Origin: an uncultured bacterium
GTDB taxonomy: Bacteria; Babelota; Babeliae; Babelales; RVW-14
Direction of reading: 5' to 3'
Assembly: GCA_903825355.1 (NCBI GenBank)
Contig: CAIKAH010000002.1
Span: 15,359 to 79,358 of the forward strand
Length of the DNA stretch: 64,000 nt
Shown here: positions 10,236 through 20,132 of the stretch, one piece after another
How positions within the stretch are numbered: position 1 is the first letter of the stretch
How the letters are laid out: every line of letters starts with the position of its first letter
Made by a program: the position numbers and the translations under genes
Notes under the pieces: generated by a model
Database searches by the model: none
What the model was told of the DNA's origin: nothing
What the model saw: the letters and a program-made list of their open reading frames with translations, nothing else

Positions 10236-13200
10236 CTAAAGCTCTGATGGGGGAAGAAGGTCTTTTGCTGTCAAATTATATTTATCTTTAATTGAGGTAC
10301 TTGCACCTTTGTCGCGTAAGAGCTTATAGACAGTGGTTTTTTCTTGTTTCCCATAAAATTGCTTTCTAACCGCTACATGTAGTGCGGTTTGTCCATCGCT
10401 ATTCTGTGTATCTATGTTTGCGCCAAGAGTAAGAAGGCATTCGGCAGCCTGAAGGGCGCTGTAATCAACGGCTGTCATGAGTGGGGTTTTTTTAGTAGCT
10501 GGGTCTGGCGTATCAAGTATATTAAGTCCTTGAGTTTCATTTGCCCATGTATGAAGCTGTTCAATCATGTTGGCTGGGTTATTATTAGCAACAATACAGT
10601 TCATTGCCCCATGTATTGAGTAGGTACTACCAGGGGTTGTGATAAGAGCAATAAGCTGTTGAAAATTGCCCTCTCTTATAGGAGTTTCTAGAATTTTTGC
10701 TTTTTCACGTTCTTGTTGTTCTTTTTCTCGTTTGATCCGCTCCTGCTCAGCTTCTTTTTCGGCTTTGATTTCGTCAGAATGTTTAGCACCACGACGCTTG
10801 AGTTCTTCTCTGATAGTGGATAGCTGCTCTATATACAGCTTTTTACTCGCAGCACTTAGTGATGGGCATAGTGTTTTGGGAGCGCTTACTGCTACATCTA
10901 ATGGGGTTTGCAGCTCTATGTTAAGGCTGTTTATGTCAGCACCTTTGTGGTCTAAAAGATAGATGACTTGATCTAATGAACCATTTTGTACAGCGCTATG
11001 CAAAACGTCATTTGCTTGCAAAATGGCAGATTCTTCTTCTGTTTGGCGGATTCTATTGATTCTATGGTTGATAAACAATTGTGCTGTACGAAGGTTGTTG
11101 TTTCTAATAGCAAGGTTAATTGGACTGACTCCGTCAAGGTTTTTAGAATCTATATTGGCAATTCCATTTAAATTATCTAAGACATATTTTGGCGTGGCTA
11201 AAGCTTTGCATAATGCTGCATAATGGAGAAGAGTGTTCCTATTTAAAGAGTTTATATGTCTAGTTGCATTATGAGTCTCAATAAGATTTTTTATTGTTGG
11301 TAGGTGCCCTTGCTCAGTAGCATAACACAGCGCGGGTACTTGCATGGTATTGAGATCATCTACATTGAAGTGATAAAATTCAATAAGATGAGAAGTCAGT
11401 ACTTTGTTGCCATTTGCTGCTGCATAATGCAATAGTGAGTCGCCATTATTGTTTCGGACTGATTTATTAGCGCCTTGCGTGATAAGATAGTCAATAAATT
11501 TAGGTGATGCGTTACAGCAAGCCTCCTGTAATGGTGTTCTTGGGCAACTCAATACAGGTCTGTTTAGCGTATTAACGTGAATATGTTGTTTAAGCTCTTC
11601 TATTGCATAGCGGACAACAGCTAAAGAATTACTTTTTGCAGCAAAATGAAGGAGTGTATTGCCATTCGAGCAAGCTGCGTTTGCAATAGCTCCTCGCATA
11701 TGTAGGTTTTGAACCACAGGAAGGCTTCCACTTTCTAGTGCGCAGCAAAGTAAAGTGTCTCCAGATTTGTTGGGAGTGTTTAGGTTAATAATTTGTCCTA
11801 ATGTATCTAAAACATAGTTGAGTGTAGCTTCAGATCTACTTTGGGCGGCAAAATGTGCGAGGGTATCACCTGATGTTGTTTTAACAGAAGCATCTGCATG
11901 ATATTTACTAGAAAGAAGTTCTATTGTTGCCATGTGTCCATGATGGACGGCGTTGCAGAATGCTGTTTTATTAGATTTGTTACCAGTATTGGGTGAAAAT
12001 CCGTATTTTTCGATAAGAAAACAAACAAGCTGAATGTTGCCCCATCCTGTTGCGTAGAAAAGAGCATTGCTGTGTGTGTGCATATTTGTGTTCATTGCGT
12101 TTGCTCCAGCATTTACTAGGAGCTGGAAAATTTCTGGTGAGCATGATTTGGCTGCAAGGAGTAATGGTGTGTTACCGCTATTGTTAGGAACGTTTAGAGC
12201 AGGCTTTTGGCCTAAGCTTTCCAGCGTATAACGAATAATTTCCTCTGTGTTACTTTGAGCGGCAAAGTGTAGTAGTGTATTGCCTTCACTGTAGTAATCG
12301 ATTTTTGCACCACGATCAATAAGATTTTGTACTAATGATAATGGTCCGTGTTTTAGCGCTGAGCAGAGAATGGTTTTTTCGCTATCATTTGGGGTATTTA
12401 GGTATGCCGCAAATCCGAGTGAATCTAAAACATAATTTAGCGTTGCTTCAGATTTACTTTTTGCTGCGGCTTGTAGTAGCGTATTTCCTTTATCCGTTCG
12501 TATTTTTGTGTTCGCATGGTGGGTAGATATCAATAGTTTTGCTAGTGATAATTGATTATTTTGAATAGCCAAATATAGGGGCGTTCTTCCTTTGAAATCT
12601 CTTGCGTCTTGCGTTAGCCCATAATTTGTAATAAGCGTAGTGATGAGTTTTTGATTGCCCCAGCCTGCAGCGTAGTGAAGGGCAGAGCTGTTAGTCTTGA
12701 CAGTTAGTGCTAGCGGATCGGCTCCTTTTTCAACAAGAAAGTTGAATGCTGCTGGTGAGCAGCTTCGAGCGGCTAGGTGAATGGGCATTTCTCCGTAATT
12801 ATTAGCGTTGTTAATCACTCTACTTTGTCCTAGTGCCTCTAAGGTATAGGCTATAACGTTGAGTGAAGAGTTTTCTACTGCATAGTGAAGCAAAGAATTG
12901 CCGTTTAAGCAGTTAGTGTTTGTGCAAATTTCTCGTGCTATAAGATTTTTGATTACAGGTAGGCTGCCAGATTTTAGTGCAAGGCATAGCAATGTTTCAT
13001 TAGCATAATTTACCATCTGGAGGTTGCTTATTTCTCCGAGGTTGTCTAAGACGTAATTGAGGATCGCTTCAGATTTGCTTTCTGCAGCACAATGAGCAAG
13101 CGTATTACCTTGCTTGTTTTTTATCTTAGTTTCTGCTCCATATTTACTGCAGAGCAGTTCAATGATTGAAACTTCTCCTGATTTGATAGCGTAATGCAAC

Positions 13201-15353
13201 GGTGTTTGGTTGTTTGCATCAAGAGCATTAACTGGTACGTGATAATATTCAATAAGATGATTAACAAGGGTAATGTTATTACTTGATGAGGCGTTGTGAA
13301 GTACGTTAGATTGATTTTGTGTATTTAATTTCATAGGATCTGCGCCCCTATTAACAAGGAGATCAAAGACCTTGGGTGAACACGTATAAGCTGCTAGAAG
13401 TAGAGGGGTATTCCCTTTATTGTTAGATGTGTTTATGCCAGAAGCTTGGGACAAGTCTTCTAGGGCATACCTAATAATTTCTTCATTATTACTTTGGACG
13501 GCAAAGTGTAGTAGGCTCTCCCCGCTCATGCTTATTTTTGTATTCGCACCACGAGCAATAAGATTTTGTACTAATGATAATGGGCCGTATTGTAATGCTA
13601 TGCACAGAGCAGTTGTGCCATTGTTGTCAGGGGTGTTTATGTGTGCAGTAAGCCCTAGCGTGTCTAAAACATAGTTCAGTGTTGCTTCAGATTTGCTTTT
13701 AGCAGCTATATGAAGCAGTGTGCAGCCATTACTATCTGTGTAAGAGGGTTCTGCGTTAGCGTTATGGTCTGCAATTAAGTGTTTTGCTGTAGAGAGATGC
13801 CTTGCAGAAGTAGCAAACCATAAAGGTGTTTGTCCATGGCTGTTAAGGGCATTTACAGAAATATGGTAATGATCGATGAGATGAGAAATAAGCCCTACAT
13901 TACCATGTCCTGCTGCGTAGTGAAGAATTGTTTCTAGTTGGTATGTTTCGGCAAATGGGTTTGCGCCAGCTGTAACTAAGTAGGTTATTAGTTCAGGAGA
14001 ACCGGCTTTTGCAGCAAAATGTAAAGGGTACTCTCCTGCTTGATTAGTAGCGTGTAAGGACGCAGATTGTCCTAGTTTAAGTAGTGCGTATTCAATAATT
14101 TCGATGGATTTACTTTCTACTGCAAAGTGCAGCAGTGAGTTTTCTTGTGAGCATTTGCTTTCAATTTGTGCTCCTCTAGCTACTAAATTTTCTACAAGAG
14201 AAAGTGGCCCGTATTTGAGCGTGAAGCAGAGGGGGTTGATTCCTGCATGCGTAACAGCATCGATTTGCCCAGAAAAGCCTAGTGTGTCTAATACGTAATT
14301 AAGCATATCAGATGAAGTGCTTTGTGAGGCATAATGAAGTAGATTTTTGCCTGTTCTTGTAAGTATATCTTGTCTTGATCCGTAGCTGATGAGTTTCTGA
14401 GCTGTTTCTAGATGGCCATTTTTGATAGCAAAACAGAGAGGGGATTTTTGTTTTTTGTTTAGCTCATTTGGTGAAAAACCACGCATTTGGATAAGGTGGT
14501 CAATAAGTGTTTCATTTCCTCCTGCAGCTGCATAGTGTATGACCGATTTTTCGTTTTTTAAGTTTTTCATTCCTAATAAAGCTCCATAGGTATCTACCAT
14601 GAGTAGAAAGAGATCAATAGAGCCTTTCTGCGCAGCTACATGGAGAGGGGTTTCTCCTCTGCAGTTGGGGACATTTATCTCCGCTCGCAGATCAAGCTCA
14701 TCTAAAATGTATTGTATGACCGCGATAGAGTTGCTTTTGACAGCAAAGTGCAGGAGCGAATTTCCTGTATCGCTTTTTATACTTTTAGATGCTCCATGAT
14801 CGATTAGTAAGCGAATGGTCTCGAGGTTGCCGTATTGAGCCGCAAGTTGTAGGGCAGAGTAGTTGCCATCGTTCACTTTGCGTGCATTAGGATTTGCACC
14901 GTCAATAAGTGCTCGTTCTACGTCAGTTGGATTACGATCGATGATAGCTAAAAATAACTGACTATCAAGGAGTGCGAGTCGTCTGCTGCTTATTTTTATT
15001 GGAGGTTCAATTTGATTTCCTGCTTCATCTGTCAAACCCATAGAAGTGCTTCTGCATTGTGGGCATCGATGGTCCATTTCAGCTGCTCGATACCCCTTGA
15101 AGCATGAATGGCAAAATGGTTTTTTGCAACATGCTGTGAAAGTGATGTTGCCTTGCTCTGCTTCTATTTCATCTGATTCTGCAAGGCAGACAAGGCATTT
15201 ATCATTTGCTATGCGAGGTCTGGTGTTTCGTGTAGAGATTCTATCGTCTTCTTCTCTGTCACTGTCTCGGGCATGCTTGTGTGGTTGACTGGCAGCAAGA
15301 GTACTTAACAGTCCGCACACAATAAAAAAGTTGATAAAAGTGATAAATTTCAT
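10236..15353 (-). CDS. Large secreted RING-like zinc finger plus ankyrin repeat protein (roughly 35-40 ANK repeats)
   Basis: Probable start MKFITFINFFIVCGLLSTLAAS (ORF track starts at 15416); CLVC...CCKKPFCHSC...CPQC; many G-TPLH-AA ankyrin motifs. Confidence 0.9.
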   Translation of the reverse strand: MKFITFINFFIVCGLLSTLAASQPHKHARDSDREEDDRISTRNTRPRIANDKCLVCLAESDEIEAEQGNITFTACCKKPFCHSCFKGYRAAEMDHRCPQCRSTSMGLTDEAGNQIEPPIKISSRRLALLDSQLFLAIIDRNPTDVERALIDGANPNARKVNDGNYSALQLAAQYGNLETIRLLIDHGASKSIKSDTGNSLLHFAVKSNSIAVIQYILDELDLRAEINVPNCRGETPLHVAAQKGSIDLFLLMVDTYGALLGMKNLKNEKSVIHYAAAGGNETLIDHLIQMRGFSPNELNKKQKSPLCFAIKNGHLETAQKLISYGSRQDILTRTGKNLLHYASQSTSSDMLNYVLDTLGFSGQIDAVTHAGINPLCFTLKYGPLSLVENLVARGAQIESKCSQENSLLHFAVESKSIEIIEYALLKLGQSASLHATNQAGEYPLHFAAKAGSPELITYLVTAGANPFAETYQLETILHYAAGHGNVGLISHLIDHYHISVNALNSHGQTPLWFATSARHLSTAKHLIADHNANAEPSYTDSNGCTLLHIAAKSKSEATLNYVLDTLGLTAHINTPDNNGTTALCIALQYGPLSLVQNLIARGANTKISMSGESLLHFAVQSNNEEIIRYALEDLSQASGINTSNNKGNTPLLLAAYTCSPKVFDLLVNRGADPMKLNTQNQSNVLHNASSSNNITLVNHLIEYYHVPVNALDANNQTPLHYAIKSGEVSIIELLCSKYGAETKIKNKQGNTLAHCAAESKSEAILNYVLDNLGEISNLQMVNYANETLLCLALKSGSLPVIKNLIAREICTNTNCLNGNSLLHYAVENSSLNVIAYTLEALGQSRVINNANNYGEMPIHLAARSCSPAAFNFLVEKGADPLALTVKTNSSALHYAAGWGNQKLITTLITNYGLTQDARDFKGRTPLYLAIQNNQLSLAKLLISTHHANTKIRTDKGNTLLQAAAKSKSEATLNYVLDSLGFAAYLNTPNDSEKTILCSALKHGPLSLVQNLIDRGAKIDYYSEGNTLLHFAAQSNTEEIIRYTLESLGQKPALNVPNNSGNTPLLLAAKSCSPEIFQLLVNAGANAMNTNMHTHSNALFYATGWGNIQLVCFLIEKYGFSPNTGNKSNKTAFCNAVHHGHMATIELLSSKYHADASVKTTSGDTLAHFAAQSRSEATLNYVLDTLGQIINLNTPNKSGDTLLCCALESGSLPVVQNLHMRGAIANAACSNGNTLLHFAAKSNSLAVVRYAIEELKQHIHVNTLNRPVLSCPRTPLQEACCNASPKFIDYLITQGANKSVRNNNGDSLLHYAAANGNKVLTSHLIEFYHFNVDDLNTMQVPALCYATEQGHLPTIKNLIETHNATRHINSLNRNTLLHYAALCKALATPKYVLDNLNGIANIDSKNLDGVSPINLAIRNNNLRTAQLFINHRINRIRQTEEESAILQANDVLHSAVQNGSLDQVIYLLDHKGADINSLNIELQTPLDVAVSAPKTLCPSLSAASKKLYIEQLSTIREELKRRGAKHSDEIKAEKEAEQERIKREKEQQEREKAKILETPIREGNFQQLIALITTPGSTYSIHGAMNCIVANNNPANMIEQLHTWANETQGLNILDTPDPATKKTPLMTAVDYSALQAAECLLTLGANIDTQNSDGQTALHVAVRKQFYGKQEKTTVYKLLRDKGASTSIKDKYNLTAKDLLPPSEL

Positions 15354-15495
15354 CTTGCCCTCAAAAATACTCTCTACAAAAATACCATCTGCGACTGATT
15401 TGAGTCTAACAAACATATTTATGAAATTTCAATCTGAATTTTAATTGGGCAGAAAATGCCAGTTTTATTGCTGAATATAAAATTGGCAACATTGG

Positions 15496-16218
15496 CTAGG
15501 TTTTAGATGCTTCCCAGATTTCAATCAACTCAAAGTCTTCTTCTTCGGGGACTGGAGATATGCCAAGGAGGTGGGCGGGTTGAATATTTTCATATTCCTC
15601 ATCAGCATATGCTTCTCTACGTTCCCTAGCTATCTTTGCTTGATGAGAGAGGAGGAGTTCTTTAACAGCAGGACTATTGCTCATGTCCGTCATTGTTTGA
15701 TCAGCACGCAGACAGCACGTAAGAATAGGAAGGTGGTATTGCTCAAGTAATAATCTGATTACCGCCAGATTTGCTCCTTCGCAGGCATAATGCAACAACG
15801 ACTTCCAGTGCCCATCGTACTGTTTTTCAACCAGTGCGCCTTGTTTGATTAAAAAGTCAATTACCGCTGCCTCTACTCCCGCTTGGCAAGCAAGCATAAG
15901 AGGTGTTTGTCGTAAATGATTGCGCTGGTTAACCTCTGCGCCTTCAGTTAATAGGCCTTCAATTGTTTCAATAGTGCAAGATGGGTTGCAGCAAGCGATA
16001 TGTAGCGCTGAGTTGGTTGGATGACTTTTTAACACCTCAAAATCTTCGGCATCGTCTGCCCGGGGTGAATAGCATTGAGAGCTTGCGGTGGAAATGGTCC
16101 GTGTACGGCCAGAGCTGGTGCTCTCTGCTCGCATGCGTGAAGCTGCGGCTAGTGCAGAGTTAGTAAAATAGCTTAGCAGCACTAAAGCAGGGAGTATTTG
16201 CATAGAAAGGCGGAACAT
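15496..16218 (-). CDS. Secreted ankyrin repeat protein
   Basis: Signal peptide; SALHIAC, QTPLMLAC, SLLHYAC repeats. Confidence 0.85.
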   Translation of the reverse strand: MFRLSMQILPALVLLSYFTNSALAAASRMRAESTSSGRTRTISTASSQCYSPRADDAEDFEVLKSHPTNSALHIACCNPSCTIETIEGLLTEGAEVNQRNHLRQTPLMLACQAGVEAAVIDFLIKQGALVEKQYDGHWKSLLHYACEGANLAVIRLLLEQYHLPILTCCLRADQTMTDMSNSPAVKELLLSHQAKIARERREAYADEEYENIQPAHLLGISPVPEEEDFELIEIWEASKT

Positions 16219-16324
16219 AGCAAACCAATATTTTTCATGAATGAAAGACAGGAAGATTTATTATACCCGTAACGAACTACATTAAAAGAGTTAAGGGGCT
16301 GATTCTTAGGCCAGCCCCAGGTTT

Positions 16325-17116
16325 TTAGACGCAATCCAAACGCTTCATCATTCTTTTTATGCTTATCCAGGCAAATAGTAGAGTAAAGCAAGTAAGTGCA
16401 ACAAAGCAAATCCAGCATGGTAGGTTCTCGCTTTGCCCTAGAATTGCTGATCGCATACCCTCTTGTGCATACAAGCAGGGATTGAGCAAGACAAGGTAGG
16501 CAAGCCATTTGGATTTGGCAAATAATACCGCCCATGTGAATTGGAAGCCACCCAGCGTCCAGAGCGGAAAAATAATACGCATCCAGCATGAACCAAGCTG
16601 TTGAATATTTTGTACAAAGCTTGAAAGAAACAAGCTAAAAAAACCGAAGAACATATTTCCCATGATGAGTAAGGCAATAACCCATGGCAGAGAAAAATGT
16701 GACGGGTCAAACTGCTGGTACACAAACGGCAACCCTATTGGTAATGCAAATAGACTCATGAAAAGTGATTGTAAGGCGGTTGTTATCGCTATACGAGCAA
16801 TAGACAACCACGATGGCAATGGTAGGGTGAGGTCATAGGTAAGTACTTTATTGCCGGTCAAATCCATCACTACTCCTGCTGCTCGCGGGTAGATTTCAAA
16901 CATGGCGACTGACCCTACCAGCGTAGCTGCAGTAAAAATGCCGAAGTCATCCCGCACTCCAAAGCTGGTGAGTAGGTACCCCATGACAACAATGGTGATG
17001 CTGATGTAAATAAATATATCAATAAGCTTTGTTTTCATCATGGGTTTAAAGGTTAATAGGTCTGCATAGAGCATGTGCTTTAGCACTGACCAGTATGCGG
17101 GGATAGCATAAAACAT
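16325..17116 (-). CDS. ABC-2 type transporter permease
   Basis: Six TM segments; LLNPCLYAQEGMR motif; adjacent to ABC ATPase. Confidence 0.85.
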   Translation of the reverse strand: MFYAIPAYWSVLKHMLYADLLTFKPMMKTKLIDIFIYISITIVVMGYLLTSFGVRDDFGIFTAATLVGSVAMFEIYPRAAGVVMDLTGNKVLTYDLTLPLPSWLSIARIAITTALQSLFMSLFALPIGLPFVYQQFDPSHFSLPWVIALLIMGNMFFGFFSLFLSSFVQNIQQLGSCWMRIIFPLWTLGGFQFTWAVLFAKSKWLAYLVLLNPCLYAQEGMRSAILGQSENLPCWICFVALTCFTLLFAWISIKRMMKRLDCV

Positions 17117-17137
17117 TTCTAGTTCCTTCTCATGTGC

Positions 17138-17214
17138 CCGCTCTTTCTTGGCCCGTGGGGCCGGCGTCGTTCAGAACTTGCGTTCTGTATTTCGACTGAG
17201 CTCAGGATGAGCGG
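17138..17214 (+). repeat. Structured palindromic element, long variant with extra CAGAAC/GTTCTG hairpin
   Basis: CCGCTC...GGCCC-gtg-GGGCC...TTCGACTGAGCTCAGGATGAGCGG. Confidence 0.85.
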
Positions 17215-17269
17215 GTTGTATTGAATTTCTTAATTCATATTTTTTGTTAACATGCAAATTGTTTTATCT

Positions 17270-17323
17270 CCGCTCAGCCTGAGCTTGTCGAATGGCCGAA
17301 GTCTGAAAGGCGAGAAAGAGCGG
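17270..17323 (-). repeat. Structured palindromic element, inverted partner of 17138 copy
   Basis: CCGCTCAGCCTGAGCTTGTCGAA...GAAAGAGCGG on + strand. Confidence 0.85.
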
Positions 17324-17331
17324 ATTGTGTG

Positions 17332-18084
17332 TTACTCATTTTCTTTGCTTTCATTAATCAATTTAATAAACACATCCTCGAGCCGGTCTTTCTGGTGTGC
17401 CGATTTCAGATTTGCTGGTGTATCAATAAGTTTGATAACCCCTTCATCCAAAATACAAACGCGGTCAGCAAGTGCTTCGGCTTCATCCAAGTAGTGAGTT
17501 GTCAAAATAACCGTAACGCCTTCAGCTTTGAGCTCTTTAATAAGTTCCCAAACCTCGTGTCGCACATGTGGATCAAGCGCCACAGTTGGTTCGTCGAATA
17601 GCACTAATCGCGGTTTGTGAATCAGCGCGCGTGCAATTAAAAAACGCTGTTTGTACCCGCCAGAAAGTGCATCAATGGTGTTTTCTGCATAGGTGGTGAG
17701 CTCAAAGCGCTTCATGAGGACTATTACACGTGTTTTGGTTTCTTCAGCAGAGAGGCCATAAAACCGCCCAGCAAACAGGAGGTTTTGCTCGATGGTGAGC
17801 ATAGGATTTACGTTTGGCTTCTGCGGGCAAAAACCGATCATGCGGCGATAGGTGGGCACATCTTCGTAAATGCTTTTGCCTTCATGTAGAATAGTGCCTG
17901 CCGTTGGCGGATGAAGAGTCACAATAATCGATGCCAATGTTGTTTTGCCAGCCCCGTTGACGCCGAGCAGGCTTAAAATCTCGCCTTTATAAATATCAAG
18001 CGTTACGTCCTTGAGTGCCATACGAGCACGTGGGCCAACGCCATACTGCTTTGCTATCCCGCGCAGGGAAAGTAGCGTAGTCAT
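17332..18084 (-). CDS. ABC transporter ATP-binding protein
   Basis: GVNGAGKT Walker A, LSGGY signature, LVLFDEPT Walker B, TTH switch. Confidence 0.95.
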   Translation of the reverse strand: MTTLLSLRGIAKQYGVGPRARMALKDVTLDIYKGEILSLLGVNGAGKTTLASIIVTLHPPTAGTILHEGKSIYEDVPTYRRMIGFCPQKPNVNPMLTIEQNLLFAGRFYGLSAEETKTRVIVLMKRFELTTYAENTIDALSGGYKQRFLIARALIHKPRLVLFDEPTVALDPHVRHEVWELIKELKAEGVTVILTTHYLDEAEALADRVCILDEGVIKLIDTPANLKSAHQKDRLEDVFIKLINESKENE

Positions 18085-18408
18085 GGTAAACCCCTAGGGT
18101 TAAAAAATAGAAAAATAAACCAATAGCGCGCGTGTCGCCGCTATGGCGAAAATATTTTGTGGGAAAAGATAGCTCAGGAGCAATCCCGCTTTGAGAGCGC
18201 TGAGCTTATCGAGCGGTAATAATTACCGTTAAAAAGAGTTTCATGTTGGGCATCCTTCGCGCAACTGATGATTAATTAAGATTATTCAACTCTACCAGTA
18301 TTTTATTCTGCTGGCAACTGGTTGGATGAAAAATCTGGAAAAGCGCGCGTTTATGGGTGTTTTTGATGAAGTAGAAAGTTCTCGCAATGTCTGTATGGCT
18401 TTTATCCC

Positions 18409-18462
18409 CCGCTCATCCTGAGCTTGTCGAAGGACGCTGACCAAAGGGAGGTGGAAAAGCGG
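18409..18462 (-). repeat. Structured palindromic element
   Basis: CCGCTCATCCTGAGCTTGTCGAAGGACG...GTGGAAAAGCGG. Confidence 0.85.
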
Positions 18463-18480
18463 GGAAGAAATTTTTCTAGG

Positions 18481-18531
18481 TCGCTCTTCCACCCCTATCG
18501 GGGCGTGGTTCGACAGGCTCACCATGAGCGA
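18481..18531 (+). repeat. Structured palindromic element, TGGT/ACCA variant, inverted partner of 18409 copy
   Basis: TCGCTCTTCCACCCC-tatc-GGGGCGTGGTTCGACAGGCTCACCATGAGCGA. Confidence 0.85.
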
Positions 18532-18587
18532 CGATAAACCACTCATTAGGCGATAAATATTAAAAGTTCAACAGAGCCTTAGAAAAA

Positions 18588-19898
18588 TTATTTGCCGCTA
18601 ACACCGCTACTTGCAGCAGCTGCATCATCACTACTTGCGGCTACTGGTGGAGCTGCACGTCTATCACGAGCATCAAGTAGTAATTTCACCAGACCACTTC
18701 TATTGCCATCTCCATCAACGCCGCCCATACCAGCTTTACCGCGCACAATAATCTCTTCTGGTACATCGTGCAATTGGATCAATGGTGAATCAGTAACGGC
18801 TGGATCAAGACTTTCTGGCACGAATGGTGCTCGTGATTCTGTTGCTGAATACCTGCGGTAAAATCGCACTGCTTCGCTGCCACCAAGCGCGGGACGGCGA
18901 ATATTGGTGAAAGCTGCTCTCAGGTGATCTTCAGCATCTCGGTAGAGCGCAATGTTGACATGTTCAAGTGAACCAAGCTCCCAGATACCAGTATGGGTGA
19001 TGACTTGGGTTAGCTCCACGAGCAAGTCTTCAACTTCTTTAGCTGTGTACATCGAGCTAGCAATAACACCTGTTTCTTGCGAAGTTGCAAGATCAGCAAA
19101 AGTAGTAATTTCCATTTCAGGGTCATAGGTAATATTACGAGCAACAACAACATAATGGTGATCATCAAGTGGCATCTCTAGCGTGCCTGGCAAGTGATAG
19201 AGCCATTGGGGTGTTGCATCAATGTAGCGGAGGCCTTCTTTGGCAATAAACTCATTGATGGTTTGAGCGTACAGCGGTGCGGCAATGTCGTGCAAAAAGA
19301 AACGGTGCTCGCCATAAAATGGTCCTTGGATCCAAAGTGGCCAGTTGTAGAGTGATAGTTCTACTTTGTAGGCAGGAAATCTCTCGAAGGTGAGCGTGAT
19401 GATGCCATCATGATTAACGGGCGATGCTGTGACGCCAGGGTGACGTTGTAAAATCATAGCAAGCCAGTGAGTACGGTCATGTAGGTAGGCTACGCGGCGC
19501 TGTGCGTACCCTTGATAAGCGTTTCGAGGAGCTACTGTACTTGGCATCTCATTGTACATTGAACGCTCAGCGCCAGTACGCAATGAATGCCCAAACCGAT
19601 TGCCATCGCGAACCATTAATCGTTCATCGCGCATAAAATCTTGCATTTCGGGGTCGCCAAATAAATTATTCAGGCGCTCAGTAAAGGCTGTATCGTGAGT
19701 GGCAATGTTGGCTGAACCAACTAGTGCCACTGCCTGTGGTGAACTTGCCCATATTTGAAGTGCTTGTAGTTCCGCTTGTTCTCGGGGCAATATCATGCGG
19801 CTGTCTTTGACGGCTAATGATTCAGCAGCAAAGAGGGGTGCGCTTGCCAGTGCAAGGCTCAGCATGAGTGCGTTTAGCAAATATTGTTTCAATGTCAT
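18588..19898 (-). CDS. Hypothetical secreted protein
   Basis: 436-aa ORF, signal peptide ending PLFA, AGGA RBS upstream. Confidence 0.75.
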   Translation of the reverse strand: MTLKQYLLNALMLSLALASAPLFAAESLAVKDSRMILPREQAELQALQIWASSPQAVALVGSANIATHDTAFTERLNNLFGDPEMQDFMRDERLMVRDGNRFGHSLRTGAERSMYNEMPSTVAPRNAYQGYAQRRVAYLHDRTHWLAMILQRHPGVTASPVNHDGIITLTFERFPAYKVELSLYNWPLWIQGPFYGEHRFFLHDIAAPLYAQTINEFIAKEGLRYIDATPQWLYHLPGTLEMPLDDHHYVVVARNITYDPEMEITTFADLATSQETGVIASSMYTAKEVEDLLVELTQVITHTGIWELGSLEHVNIALYRDAEDHLRAAFTNIRRPALGGSEAVRFYRRYSATESRAPFVPESLDPAVTDSPLIQLHDVPEEIIVRGKAGMGGVDGDGNRSGLVKLLLDARDRRAAPPVAASSDDAAAASSGVSGK

Positions 19899-20132
19899 CT
19901 CGATATCCTTCTCTCATTTTTCAAATAAATTTACACAAAAATAGCGGGGAACGCATAAAAAGTCACCATCTATTCATGTGCTAATTATTTCTAATTGTAA
20001 TGAATATTTGCCAATGAGGTCAAGAATAGAGAATCATTGCAAATCAGCCATCAAGTGGTCGATTTACACAATCATCATCATTTTTAATTGAAAATGCCAC
20101 ATTTTTTAGCTTGTAGGGCCGAAGCTGCCTGA

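Noticed and set aside
17252-17494. 80-aa ORF containing PLSLSLSNG
   Set aside because: Translation of a palindromic repeat plus antisense of the ABC ATPase
18186-18216. CCGCTTTGAGAGCGCTGAGCTTATCGAGCGG, possible degenerate repeat copy
   Set aside because: Lacks the inner stems and intact loop; too degenerate to count
18292-18546. 84-aa ORF (SLSNH...LRQAQDER)
   Set aside because: Mostly the repeat doublet read through; no independent coding signal
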